A stretch of DNA of 63,524 bases, the filler included, from Octopus bimaculoides (lineage: Eukaryota): the NCBI RefSeq assembly GCF_001194135.2. It is 5 parts of 4 records of this genome, joined end to end, with 100 filler letters (N's around TTAATTAATTAA, not from the genome) between each part and the next. Parts side by side here need not be neighbours in the genome. Positions count along the whole stretch, not along the records: positions 1 to 24,668 come from NC_069007.1; positions 24,769 to 41,647 come from NC_068988.1; 3 more parts are not named here. One strand, given 5' to 3'. The notes under the pieces were generated by a model, which worked only from the letters and a program-made list of their open reading frames with translations, was not told the DNA's origin and did not search any database. Position 1 is the stretch's first letter. Each line of letters opens with the position of its first letter. The position numbers and the translations under genes are program-made. Shown here piece after piece: positions 14,405-27,690 of this stretch.

Positions 14405-14670
14405 GAGGTGCAATGGCCCAGTGGTTAGGGCAGCGGACTCGCGGTCATAAGATCGCGGTTTCGATTCCCAGACCGGGTGTTGTGAGTGTTTATTGAGCGA
14501 AAACACCTAAAGCTCCACGAGGCTCCAGCAGGGGATGTTGGTGAACCCTGCTGTACTCTTTCACCACAACTTTCTCTCACTCTTTCTTCCTGCTTCTGTT
14601 GTACCTGTAATTCAAAGGGTCAGCCTTGTCATACTCTGTGTCACGCTGAATATCCCCGAGAACTACATTG
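14405..14670 (+). mobile_element. Third tRNA-derived SINE family
   Basis: tRNA-like head GGTGCAATGGCCCAGTGGTTAGGGCAGCGGACTCGCGGTC...GGTTTCGATTCCC followed by a non-tRNA body. Confidence 0.75.
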
Positions 14671-15373
14671 AAACTGTGTCCCCCCTATAATACAATACAT
14701 TATTATGCCTTACTCCCTACCTCACTCACTCCAGTAAGCCAAACCTATATAACGACTCAATAATTAATTAATTAAATGGTCTCTTGTTGATAAATTTTCA
14801 CCCATATTTAAAAGCTTGCTCTGATAATTGATATGAAATTATCAGAGTTCCTAACTAACAGCCTGTGACCAAGTCTTATGGCATGTCAAAGTCAGTCTTT
14901 ATGGTTGAACATTGTTATAATCTGTATTTCATTCTGTACATAGTTTTTGGGAGGGAGGAGGGAGGGAGGGAGAGAGGGAGATAGAGAAGGAGAGATAGAG
15001 AAAGAGGGAGGGAGAGAGAGAGAGAGAGAAAGAGAGAGATAGATAGAGGTTAGCAGGTCATAAGTTGTCATTAGGTCTGTTCAGTTCATGGTCAAGACAT
15101 GGTATTCAGATATAGAGATAAGACCTGAAATTTTGCAGGGAAGGAGTTAATCAGTTAAACAGACCCCTGTGCTAAGCCCGGTACTTATTTCGTGGTGGAC
15201 CCTGAAAAGATGAAAGGCAAAGGCAATCTTGGCAGAATTTGAACTCAGAACGTAAAGACGAGCGAAATACCAATAAGCATTTTGTCCAGCATGCTCACGA
15301 TTCTGCCAGCTCACTGCTTTAATGCCGCCAACGCCGACAGTGATGACAATGACGATGGTGATGATGGTGATGG

Positions 15374-15405
<32 letters not shown>

Positions 15406-15578
15406 CTTTCTAATTTCTGTATAAGACCAGCGGTTTTTCAAGAGAGGGAGAAATTGATTATATCAACCCCGAAAGGCGCAGTTGACACCAGCCAAACTTG
15501 TATTGTAGAGAATCAGAAAAAGATTGTCTCTAAGCATTTTGCCCGACATGCTAACAATTCTACCAGTTCTTCACGTTA

Positions 15579-15614
<36 letters not shown>

Positions 15615-15629
15615 TTGATGATGAAGATG

Positions 15630-15885
15630 CTAGTGGCACGTGAAAAGACATTCGAGCAAGATCGTTGCCAGTGCCAATGGACTGGCTCCTGTGCAGGTGG
15701 CACGTAAAACACCCATTACACTCTCGGAGTGGTTGGCATTAGGAAGGGCATCCAGCTGTAGAAACTCTGCCAAATCAGATTGGAACCTGGTGTTGCCTCC
15801 TGATCCACCAGTCCTCAATCAAACCGCCCAACCCATGCTAGCATGGAAAGCGGACGTTAAACGACGATGATGATGATGATGATTA
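15630..15885 (+). mobile_element. 3'-end copy of the RTE family with (GAT)n tail
   Basis: Reverse complement of the 40470-40760 UTR, ending GGACGTTAAACGACGATGATGATG. Confidence 0.8.
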
Positions 15886-16097
15886 CACACATATGTATAT
15901 ATGTGCATATATACATATATGTGCATATGTATATATAAGTACTGCGGTTGATTTGTTTGACTAACATCCTTCAAGTGGTGTCACTCTAGCATGGCTGGAG
16001 TCCAACAACAGAGACGAGTAAAAGATAAAAGTAAAAGATAAACTAGATTAAAAGATAAAAGATTAAATATTAACTAGATTTAATTAATCTTACTAAC

Positions 16098-16213
16098 CCA
16101 TGAATTCTGTTGCATGACATTTGGAATGGCCATCTGGATGTTCTTGTGCGTATCTTGTGATTTCTCGGCGATGGTAAAAATATCCAATACGTGTCTTGGT
16201 ATAGAGAAAATAT
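16098..16213 (-). CDS. PNKD: Internal coding exon (116 nt) of a PNKD-like hydroxyacylglutathione-hydrolase-family gene
   Basis: Manual translation gives YFLYTKTRIGYFYHRREITRYAQEHPDGHSKCHATEFM(G), matching from memory human PNKD [38 protein letters not shown](G). Acceptor ttttatatctttctAG, donor GTtagtaag. Ends in phase 1, compatible with the exon at 4664-4776. Not in the ORF track. Confidence 0.9.
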
Positions 16214-16594
16214 CTAGAAAGATATAAAACCAAAGAGTCAAGATAAATAGATGCTTACAAAATAGAAGACTTGGGGTCTATATATGTGGTTATGTGCATG
16301 TGTGTATGTATGTATGTATGTAGTACGTATGTATGCATGTTTGTAAGTATGTATGTATATATGAATGTTTGTATATATTTATATATATATATGAAAACAC
16401 ACAGGTTAGTGGTTTGGGTGTTGCACTCATGATTGTATGATTGTGGTTTCAATTCCCAGACCGGGTATTGCATTGTATTCTTGAGCAAAGCACTTCGTTT
16501 CACATTGCTGTGTGATCATTTCATCATCTGACATGTAGCACATGGTGCACCTGTACAGGTAATATGATTTGATGGAGGGAGTGAGCTTATGCGG

Positions 16595-16720
16595 TCCTGA
16601 TGGTGGGAGAGCCCTTGAGGACTTTCTTGCCGGTCTGCCATGTATCTCGGGGTTGGATGCGGAGTCTTGCGAAGGGCCAATCACGCCTGGGGAGGTGATG
16701 GAAGCTTTGGCCGACTGTAA
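16595..16720 (+). mobile_element. Tx1/L1-clade LINE ORF2 fragment
   Basis: GC-rich island encoding DFLAGLPCISGLDAESCEGPITPGEVMEAL, typical of the pre-RT linker, embedded among SINE remnants. Confidence 0.6.
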
Positions 16721-17516
16721 ACACACACATACACAAGAAGCTTCCACACAGTTTCCATCTATCAAATTCACTCACAAGGCATTGGTCAGTTCAGAACTAT
16801 AGTAGAAGACACTTGCTCTCAAGACACAGTACAGCAGGACTGAAGTAAAACTCATACAAACACACACACAAACACACTGGATAATAAATAATTGTTCTGG
16901 ATATACAAAAAGAGGATTTGTCACAACTGGAATGTGATTTCATTAGAAGACTTGCTCAATCAAGACACCAACAACAACAACAACAACAACATCAGTAGTG
17001 TCTTTTTTTTGTTTTGTTTTGGAATTTTTCCTCTTCTGCTGCAGATTTCAGTGTGAATTTTAAAAATTACTTTTTAAAAAAAAAAAAAAAGTTAGAATGT
17101 CTTATATTTGTGAATAGTCACAGCATCAGTTAAGTCAATTAAACTAGTATTACAAATTATAAGTGTTAACGTTAGTATGGACTAAAACAGATAAAAGATA
17201 ACACAGTTGAAATAACAGAGACCTGTATAGTTGTTGAATGTAACAGAGAGACAGTCTTTCAGCATGTAAACACATACCGCCAACCACAACACCACCACCA
17301 CAACCACCATATGTGCAGGCAGTCTCCTAGCTAATGATAGTTATTGCAGAAAGGTAAGAGGTCAATGCAATGAAAATGAAACTGTGTTTGTTGATTATTT
17401 GTGCATGTATAGGAGGGGAGTGCACATATATGAACACACAAAGTTACACACACAAACGATTGTGAATACTTTAGTTTGTCATAGAGCTAGTTAGTGCATG
17501 TGTGTGTTTATATATG

Positions 17517-17553
<37 letters not shown>

Positions 17554-17715
17554 CGGTATTTTAGTCAAACAAACCACTCCAGTACTTATTTTTTAAAAGC
17601 TTAGTATTCATTCTATTGGTCTCTTTTGCTAAATTGCTAATCTATAGGGACGAAAACATACCAACACTGGTTGTCAAGCTGTTGGAGGTGGGACAAACTT
17701 CTTATTACACAGCCA

Positions 17716-17756
<41 letters not shown>

Positions 17757-17799
17757 NNNNNNNNNNNNNNNNNNNNNNNNNNNNNNNNNNNTAGTATCT

Positions 17800-17846
<47 letters not shown>

Positions 17847-19220
17847 AACACACACAAATGTGTATACCCTGTGTGTGTATTTGTGTATGTGCATGTGTGT
17901 ATGTATGATGAAAGCTTCAATAAGTACTTGATAAAGTCATGTCTCTTACAGAATACCAAGACATGAAAAAACCTGTTGTTTATCACAAGCTTTGGAAATT
18001 ACTATCAAAATATGCATGTGTCACAAGATGCATGCTTGTGTGTGCGTGTGTCTGTGTGTGAGAGAGTGGGGGAGAGACAGACAGACAGAGACAGAGACAG
18101 GGGGGGAATATGTAGACATGCATGCAATGGGTCTGCGAGTGTATGTAAGTGTGTATGTGTGCCCTTGTATAAAGTTTTACTTGTATAAATTAGATACCAT
18201 CTAAATAAAGATGTAAATAAAAATACCATGAAAAAAAAAAATATTTAAATAAAAGCACCACAAAAAAAAAAAAAAAAATCAAGCTTAAGTAAACAAACAA
18301 TGTAACGCAGCAGAGTTTTCTGTTAAATGAAAACAAATGTCAACTATGAAAACAAGTGTGTGGCCAAAATGTAGATATGCAGCAAAGTGTGAAGATAGAA
18401 ACGGCAATAAAGTAATGTTATTTAATGCAAGAAGTGGCAGCAATGAAGCAGTTGAAAAGACACTGAAGACTCCGTCTGCAGCTTGAAATTTAAATGACGA
18501 TATAGACACATACATACATTATATATTAATANNNNNNNNNNNNNNNNNNNNNNNNNNNNNNNNNNNNNNNNNNNNNNNNNNNNNNNNNNNNNNNNNNNNN
18601 NNNNNNNNNNNNNNNNNNNNNNNNNNNNNNNNNNNNNNNNNNNNNNNNNNNNNNNNNNNNNNNNNNNNNNNNNNNNNNNNNNNNNNNNNNNNNNNNNNNN
18701 NNNNNNNNNNNNNNNNNNNNNNNNNNNNNNNNNNNNNNNNNNNNNNNNNNNNNNNNNNNNNNNNNNNNNNNNNNNNNNNNNNNNNNNNNNNNNNNNNNNN
18801 NNNNNNNNNNNNNNNNNNNNNNNNNNNNNNNNNNNNNNNNNNNNNNNNNNNNNNNNNNNNNNNNNNNNNNNNNNNNNNNNNNNNNNNNNNNNNNNNNNNN
18901 NNNNNNNNNNNNNNNNNNNNNNNNNNNNNNNNNNNNNNNNNNNNNNNNNNNNNNNNNNNNNNNNNNNNNNNNNNNNNNNNNNNNNNNNNNNNNNNNNNNN
19001 NNNNNNNNNNNNNNNNNNNNNNNNNNNNNNNNNNNNNNNNNNNNNNNNNNNNNNCCACCACCACCATCACTTGACAACCGATGTGGGTATGTTTATGTCA
19101 CTGTAACTTCGCAGTTTGACAAAGAATAAATCCTGAAGTCAATTCATTCAACTAAAACCACCAAAGGTGGTGCTCCAGTATGGCTGCAGTCAAATGACTG
19201 AAACAAGTAAAAGAATAAAG

Positions 19221-19255
<35 letters not shown>

Positions 19256-19827
19256 TCGTCATCATCATCATCATTTAATATCCATATTCCATGCTGGCAT
19301 GGGTTGGATGATTTGGCAAGGATCCAATGATTGGATCCAAGGACTGTATCATACTCCAGTGTCTGCTTTGGTATAGTTTCTATGGCTGGAAGCCCATCTT
19401 AACACCAACCACTTTACAGTGAGTGCTGGGTATTTTTTTATTGAAGTCACCATGTAGCTTGCAAGTCAAATAATCCAACAGGCTTCCACACAGTTTATGT
19501 CTGTGAAATTCCCTCACAGAGCTTTGGTCGACTTTGGACTATAAAACTAGATACTTCCCCAAGGTACTGCATAATGGGACATGAACTTGAAACTATGTGG
19601 TTATATGCAAAGCATGCATCTTAACCACAAAGCCATCTATATATGAATTCCATGGAATAATTAAAAAAGAATACCAAAACATCCGAAAACCACAAGAAAG
19701 AAACAAACAAGTGTGAATATTTGGTAAACATTTTGATAGGAAACAAAGTAATAATGTTTAGTGATATTTATTAATTAGTTAATGAGAGGGGAGAGATTAA
19801 ACTACCATCTTTCAGTAACAGTGTTAG

Positions 19828-19876
<49 letters not shown>

Positions 19877-19979
19877 TGTGTAGGGGCATTAACATGTTTA
19901 CAATATTGGAAAACAGTTTACTTGTCTGTTCCTTGGCAGTAGTGGGAGGTGTGTACAAATAGTTTTTATTTACTGTAAT

Positions 19980-20031
<52 letters not shown>

Positions 20032-20169
20032 GGAAGAGGCTGAAGAAATGAGTAGAGATGATAAAAATTTGAAAAGATGAAAACAGATCATCGTCATCAC
20101 CATCATTCTTCACCACCACTACCATTCTCATCATCCTCATGATCATTTGACGTTCATTTTTTTCCATGT

Positions 20170-20510
20170 TGGGATTGGGTAGGTCTACATGATGATGTTA
20201 GGTAGATCTACACGTTGAGGCTGGGTAGGTCTACATGCTGAGGTAAGGTAGATCTACATGTGGAGGGTGAGTAAGTCAATCTACATGTTACATGTTGACT
20301 GAGACCATATCTACATGTGAAGGTTAGCTCAGTTTACATGTTAAAATTGGGTAGGGTCTACATGTTGATGTTGGGTTGGTCTACCATGCTGATGTTAGGT
20401 TGATCTACATGTTGAGGTTGGTCTACATGCTGATGTTGATGTTAAGTTGGTCTACATGTTGATGTTCGTCTACATGTTGAGGCTGGGTACATCTACATTT
20501 TCTTATTCTT
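20170..20510. repeat. Degenerate ~20-24-bp minisatellite, core TCTACATG
   Basis: About 15 units resembling GGTAGGTCTACATGTTGAGGTT. Confidence 0.85.
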
Positions 20511-21126
20511 TCACTCTTTTACTTGTTTCAGTCATTTGACTGTGGCCATGCTGGAGCACTACCTTTAGTCAAACAAATCACCTCCATCACCTTATTCTTT
20601 GTAAGCCTAGTACTTATTCTATCAGTCTCTTTGCCTGAACCACTAGGTTACGGGAACATAAACACACCAACATCGGCTGTCAAGCGATGGTGGAGGACAA
20701 ATACAGACACACAAACATGTACATATACATGTATATATATACAACGGGCTTCTTTCAGTTTCCTTCTACCGAATCCACTCACAAGGCTTTGGTCGGCCTG
20801 AGGCTATAGTAGAAGACACTTGCTCAAGGTGCCACACAGTGGGACTGAACCCAGAACCATGTGGTTGGTAAGCAAGCTACTTACCACACAGCCATAATCA
20901 TGAAAGAAAGAAAAGTGAAAAGCAAAATATCCATAAAGAAGAATAAGTGCAGAACCTTGTCAGAAGTGTTGGCAAATTTCAGGAAGCATGGAACTTTTGA
21001 AATATCCATTGTCTTGCCAGCCAAGAACTGATGCATATCGTTTATTCCATGCTTTGTCAATTCTGAACATGAAAATATGTTTCTGAAAGTCTTTGGTGCA
21101 ATGCTGTTATTTTGACTTTATTACAG

Positions 21127-21510
21127 GCATAAGAGTGGCTGTGTGGTAAGGCGGAAACGTTAGCACACCGGGCGAAATGCTTAGCGGTATTTCATCTGCC
21201 GTTACGTTCTGAGTTCAAATTCTGCTGAGGTCGACTTTGCCTTTCATCCTTTCGGGGTCGATAAATTAAGTAGCAGTTACACACTGGGGTCGATGTAATC
21301 GACTTAATCCCTTTGTCTGTCCTTGTTTGTGCCCTCTATGTTTAGCCCCCTTGTGGGCAATAAAGAAATAAGAAGCTTGCTTCTCAACCACATGGTTTTG
21401 AGTTCAGTCCCACTGTATGGAACCTTGGGTAAGTGTTTCTTATTATAGCCTCGGGCCAACAAAAGACTTGTGAGTGGATTTGATAGACAGAAACTGAAAG
21501 AAGCCTATGA
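21127..21510 (+). mobile_element. Nested SINEs: a family-2 copy inserted in the head of a CORE-like SINE
   Basis: The host reads GTGGTAAG|AAGCTTGCT when 21152-21371 is removed, and TAAG occurs at both junctions. Confidence 0.7.
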
Positions 21511-21836
21511 CTGCACTGGTATGGTCATGTGATGGGTATGGACGCCTTCACAAGAGATAATAATAAAAATAATAATGAATTCAAGAAAACAATGGCCAGA
21601 GTTATTGTTGGAAAAGCGGTGAATAAACTTATGGGTTGCTACCAAGTCAGCGCCAGCTACTAAACGTGTGTGTTGAGTATACTTATGAATGTGTGTGTCC
21701 ATCCTTGTGTATGCATGTGTGCATGTATTTGCTTGTGTATTCATATGTATGTGTGCATGTGCTTCAGTACGTGTGTGCTTCAGTATGTGTGTGTGCATGT
21801 GTGCTCCAGTATGTGTGTGTGTGCGTGTGTGCTTCA

Positions 21837-21904
<68 letters not shown>

Positions 21905-21958
21905 GTGTGTGTGTGTGTGTGCATGTGTGCTTCAGTGTGTGTGTGTGTGTGAGAGAGA

Positions 21959-21990
<32 letters not shown>

Positions 21991-22642
21991 GTGTGTGCAC
22001 NNNNNNNNNNNNNNNNNNNNNNNNNNNNNNNNNGAGAGAGAGAGAGAGAGAGAGAGTGTGTGTGTGTGTGTGTGTGTGCACGTGTACTTCAGTGTGTGTG
22101 TGTGTGTGTGTGTACAAGGTGTCCTTGTGGTTCACTTGTTCGACTTTCACACTACTCAAACTTGCAAGAGTCTGAAGTGCACAAAATCTGAACGCACCAC
22201 ATAAATCTTGAGGACGAATCTAGCAACATAGCGAAAAAAATTTTTACTACTGCTTAATAGCAGGACATGGTTAAAAACACTTAAGCCTTGAGCAACAGCT
22301 CGCTGCTATGTTGTTGTTGTTATTATTGTTGTTGTCTATTGCTGTTGACAATGTCCAATCTGGATGTTGGTGTCAAGAACAGGAAGTTTGTTCCATCTGA
22401 CAAGCACATACATAACTTGTTAAGAAATATAAATAAAATCGCAAATACAAGCAAAACAAAACAAGGCAAAATAAAAATAGTAAAAAATGAGTCACATTTA
22501 GAGCATTTACAACTTAAACATTATTTTTCTTTGTTTTTACATATTTTATCTTTATTTTTCTCAAGTATTTACTAAATCATTCCATTTAGTCTTTATTGTT
22601 TGTTACATTATACTTTTAAACATTTATACCGTTTATTACTAC

Positions 22643-22688
<46 letters not shown>

Positions 22689-22890
22689 GGTTTTGGTTCT
22701 TAAATACTTTTTCTTTCATTTCATTTTTAAAATTCTTTTTGTTCTCATTTTTTTTTTTTATTAAATACTTTTTCTTCTCCACCTACAATTTTGCAGTTAT
22801 AGTCCCCCGAGTCACCAAATTTCTTTCAATTCTCCCCGTGTGGAAACGATCACACAAAAAAAAGCTTGATGTATTAATAAACTGGTACTG

Positions 22891-22935
<45 letters not shown>

Positions 22936-23254
22936 AAATCAAACACACATATGTATGTGTATATATATATGTTACTATATGTGTGTGTATATATATATAT
23001 ATTATAAATATAAATATATATATGTACATTTATATATACATATATAAATATATACATATACACACACATATGTGTGTGTATGTGTTTGTGTGTATAAAAT
23101 CTAACAGCTGTGAGATTTTAACCAAGATCATCTTAGTCATTCACTCCCAGACAGACATGACTCCCAGAAGTACTTTCTGCCTAATCTTAAACCCCCAATA
23201 AACATCACAAACACAGACATGTGTGTATGCACACACACACACACACACGCAATA

Positions 23255-23405
23255 TACATGACCACCACCACCACCACAACCATCATCAATCATCACCACA
23301 GCCATCATCATCATCATCAACATCACTACCAACATCATCAACATCACTACAAACTTCATAACCTGTCACCATCATCATCATCATCATCATCATCACCATC
23401 ATCAC

Positions 23406-23446
<41 letters not shown>

Positions 23447-23500
23447 CCATCATCACCACCACCATCACCATCATCATCATCATCATCATCATCATTCTCA
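23255..23500. repeat. Compound (CAT/CAC)n microsatellite, representative of dozens of simple repeats
   Basis: Directly visible. Other large tracts include (TAT/TAA)n 10500-10650, (GGT)n 12050-12285, (GT/GA)n 21700-22115, (CA)n 32250-32365, (TAT)n 52407-52525 and (CTA/CTG)n 55785-56065. Confidence 0.95.
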
Positions 23501-24768
23501 TCATTTTAATGTTTGACATATGTTTCGCTGCGTCATTTGCCTCTGAGGTCCACTACCTCAAAAGCTGACCCCACCCAACAGCTTATTTCCTGGTTTCCAT
23601 TGGCAATTTCCTCCTCTTCTCCCTCGCAAACACACAAACACACACACATGTGGATTATAGCTGTGTAGAATATCCCACATCAGGTGAATACGAACCAAAT
23701 GTGTGCTCGGTTTAGTATATAACAAACCAATGATCTTCAGGTCATTTCAAAACCAAAGCTGAATGATACATCAGCTATATATTTTCAGCCAATATCATTC
23801 TTTTCTTCTCTAGGCACAAGGCCCCAAATTTTTTTTTTGGGGGGGGGGGNNNNNNNNNNNNNNNNNNNNNNNNNNNNNNNNNNCAACACCAGTATGCAAC
23901 TGGTACTTAATTTATCGACCCCGAAATGATGAATGGTAAAGTCAACTTCAGCTGAATTTGAACTCAGAACAAAAAACAGACGAAATACCACGAAGCATTT
24001 CGCCCGGCGTGCTAACATTTCTGCCAGCTCAGTTAGCCTAGAGCTACAGTAGAAGACACTTGACCAAGGTGCCATACAGTGAGACTGAACCCAGAACCAT
24101 GTGATTGGGAAGTAAATTTTTTATGATTAATCTTTTCAAGTTCGTTGCATTAAGGTATTAATCTTTAATAATACAGGCACAGGAGGAGAGTGCACACGAT
24201 TTAGGAGAGAGTGCATATTTGATTTAATCAATAATCAATACTTCACCAATATTTTGTTTAATTGATCTTTCCTCCAGAAGAATGACAGTCAAACTCCACC
24301 TCGGCAGCATTTGAACTCAGAAAGTGAAACTAAAAGGACGTAACTAGATTTCAACTAAAACTGTTGCTCTACTGATTTTGTGGCCTCTGCTGCACATTTA
24401 ACCTTGTAAAGATAATGACTGGTGTGCTGTTTGTATGCATATGTGTGTGTTGCATGTGTGTGTTTGTGTGTGTGTGCTTGAGTGTGCGTGTGTGTGTGTG
24501 TGTGTGTTTGTGTTGTGTGTGTGTTTGTGTGTGTGTGTTTGTGTGTGTGTTTGATTCTGTGTTTGTGTGTGTGTTTGTGCATGTGTGCTTGTGTGTGTTT
24601 GTGTGTTTCTGTTTGATTGTGTTTGTGTGTATATATTTGTGTGTGTGTGTGTGTGTTTGTGTGTGTGTNNNNNNNNNNNNNNNNNNNNNNNNNNNNNNNN
24701 NNNNNNNNNNNNTTAATTAATTAANNNNNNNNNNNNNNNNNNNNNNNNNNNNNNNNNNNNNNNNNNNN

Positions 24769-25000
24769 TATGTTGTATCCTATCTAGTTCATTGACTCCT
24801 AAATACTTATATGGTTGGCTTTCGTCTAGTTCTCTTATTTCATTGGCTTTATCTAGTGTTATATTGCTACTTTTAACTAATTTTCCTCTTTTCAGGGTTG
24901 CTTTGGCACATTTTTCTAATCCGAATTTCATATCTATTTCCTTGGTAAAGCCGTGTACTGTCTGTAGTAGTGTTTCTAGCTCTTTGTCGTTTTTAGCATA
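24769..25000 (-). mobile_element. R4/Dong-like reverse transcriptase fragment with an intact frame
   Basis: YAKNDKELETLLQTVHGFTKEIDMKFGLEKCAKATLKRGK...YKYLGVNE. Its 5' end abuts (AAT)n. Confidence 0.85.
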
Positions 25001-25002
25001 TT

Positions 25003-25015
25003 ATTATTATTATTA

Positions 25016-25092
<77 letters not shown>

Positions 25093-25497
25093 TTTAAGTG
25101 AGAGTGCAGTGCATGCCGTTAAAGAGACACTGAGGTACAAATATATATAGCTCAATATACCCATCATGACTACCCATCTGATAAGAGTACACCAGACATA
25201 TGCATCTTAACTATATGCATGTGACATGGTGATGTCATATCAAGATAAACAGCACATGACCTTGCAGATGGGAGACCAGTTAGAATTTTCTTTAGGTCGA
25301 GTAGCCCATCCTGCTCAAAAGGTCCCTGAATAAAGTTTGTTTAAGGATGATGAATGAAACACCTATGCTTCCAGAAGTAAATTATTCAAACACCAAAGAA
25401 TTCCTCTCAACATATGGCTATGATGCTTCCCAACTACTTCTGCTTGTGATCAGAGATGCACATATTGTCAGCCACTAAGGGACATGCTCAACTGGAT
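25003..25497 (-). mobile_element. Second copy of the (AAT)n-tailed retroposon segment
   Basis: Matches 6665-7050 and is flanked by AAT tracts on both sides. Confidence 0.7.
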
Positions 25498-25554
25498 AGC
25501 ATTATTATTATTGCTGTTGTTATTATTATTATTGTCATCACTTCACTTCTCAGA

Positions 25555-27065
25555 GCTCTCAGTTTCCCTTGCTCTGGCTAATTTTGTGAGAGCAGACAAC
25601 AATCACTTATCAAGGATCTCATGGTGTTTCTTTCCATGATATTTAACATCCAAATACTAACCTCAAAATCCTTGCTGTCTCCAATAGAATGTGTTCTATC
25701 GTCATGTCAATCCCAATTTCTTCAACAAACTTCTCAAACCTAGTTGTTAATGCATCCAGTGCCCTTACAACTATTGGGAAGGCAGTTATTGTCTTCATTG
25801 CCCACATTCATGCAATCTCATCTTTTAGTGGCTTGTACTTCTTGATCTTTTCTAGTTCTTTATCTTCCATTTGTACATTCCCAGATATGGCAATATCTAT
25901 GATCAGAGTTTCCTTCATCATTTTCATCATCATCATCATCGTCGTTTAACGTCAGCTTTCCATGCTAGCATGGCTTGGACGATTTGACTGAGGACTGGTG
26001 GACCAGGAGGTGACACCAGGCTCCAATCTGATTTGGCAGAGTTTCTACAGCTGGATGCCCTTCCTAATGCCAACCACTCTGAGAGTGTAGTGGGTGCTTT
26101 TACATGCCAACGGCACGAAGGCCAGTCAGGAGGTACTGGCAATGGCCAAGCTCAAATGGTGTATTTTACGTGCCACCTGAACAAAGGCCAGTCCAGGGAC
26201 ACTGGCAATGATCTCGCTCGCATGTCTTACTGGCAAAGGCCACGCTCAAAATGGTGTATTTTATGTGTCACCTGCACAGGAACCAGTCCATCGGCACTGG
26301 CAACGATCTCGCTCGAATGACTTTTCACGTTCCACTGGCACAAGTGCCAGGAAGGCAACATTGATAACGATCACGCTGGTGCTATTTACATGCCACCGGT
26401 TATTCCTACACATAATGCTGGTAAGTTTTTCCATTAGTACCCTTGTACCCCATCTTGACCTGGACATTTCCAGTTCAGAACCTTTGTTGTCTGCTCTGTC
26501 ACCATTTCAGTTGTTATCCTTCTATTATTGTTTACTTTGATATTAATTCCTTCAACTGTTCAACATCTTTCTTATGATTCTTTCTGTTATCCCAGATGTT
26601 ACTCCAAAACTTCCTACTGTCTTCAGTATCAGGCTTCTTATTGCTGTTAACCTTTCTGTACAACTGCTGAGAAACCCTTTTCTGATCCTGTTTTAACAAT
26701 CTGTTGATCTTTCACCGTTCAATTCTTTGAACATATCTCTTAATGTATTTAGTATTTCGTAGCTTTAGCCCATAGTCTTGTTTCAGCTCTTCAAAGAGTA
26801 CATTTAACTCCTTTCTCTTGATCCTATATCTAGATTCTAGTTCCTGATATTTCTCCTTCCTGATTTCATTTTGTTTCTTTCTTTCCAGGATGTCGATATG
26901 CTTTCATAGTTTGCTCATTGATTGCTTTATCCTTCCCTTCCACCAAGGCCCTTTCACTACATCGGTTCTTTTATGGTTTGGTTCAAGACCTACTTCTCTT
27001 CCTAATCTTTAATCAATCTATCCATTCTAGCTATATTATCCATCTTAATTTCTTTCAGTACTAAG
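25555..27065 (-). mobile_element. Decayed R4/Dong-like (RLE-type) non-LTR retrotransposon lacking its RT core, interrupted by an RTE fragment
   Basis: 26405-27065 gives PWWKGRIKQ...LFEELKQ and NWKCPGQDGVQGY. 25555-25915 gives LIIDIAISGNVQMEDKELEKIKKYKPLKDEI...PIVVRAL (RLE domain). Confidence 0.8.
25915..26400 (-). mobile_element. RTE 3'-UTR copy sitting inside an R4-like LINE
   Basis: Same UTR family with internally repeated GGCACGAAGGCC/GGCAACGATCTCGCTCG blocks. R4-like coding remnants flank it on both sides. Confidence 0.75.
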
Positions 27066-27300
27066 GTCAATGTAATCAAGTTAACCCCACCAGAATCATG
27101 AGAAAGCTGGGCAAAATGCTTAGCAGCACTTTGTCCATCTTTACGTTCTGAGTTCAAATTCTGCTAAGGGCAACTTTACCTTTTATTCTTTCAGGGTTGA
27201 TAAGACAAGTACTAGTCGAGCACTGGGGTTGATGTAATTGACTTACCCCCTCCTCTGAAGTTGCTGGCCTTGTGCCAAAATTTGAAACCATTATTATTAA

Positions 27301-27341
<41 letters not shown>

Positions 27342-27690
27342 GGAGAGCAGTTCAGCTGCAGAATGGGCAGGGTTGAATGGTAGAGAGTGGTGGGTGGGTA
27401 TAGTATCAGACAAAACTTTGCAGTCCTTATCCCTCTCCAGATTTTACATCCTTTGAGATTTATCCTTTCAAAATCAATAAAATATAATACCAGTTATATA
27501 TATTGATGTATCACTTGACCAAAATGTGTAGTCTTGAGCTAATGTTAGGAATCATTATCATCACTCACCGTATGCAATAAAACTGGTCCCTTGGTTTAAT
27601 AAGCTGGCCAGGGAAAGCAACCAGCATGAAATCTACAACTCCAGTGTCAAAAGGTGTGGAAGACTGGTGACTTAAGCTCTATCTTATATA

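Noticed and set aside
14405-14480. tRNA-like sequence
   Set aside because: It runs directly into a SINE body and has no clean acceptor stem. It is a SINE head, as are the other tRNA-like boxes.
18285-18515. 76-aa minus-strand ORF upstream of the PNKD exon
   Set aside because: It has no similarity to PNKD N-termini that I recognise and no suitable donor site.
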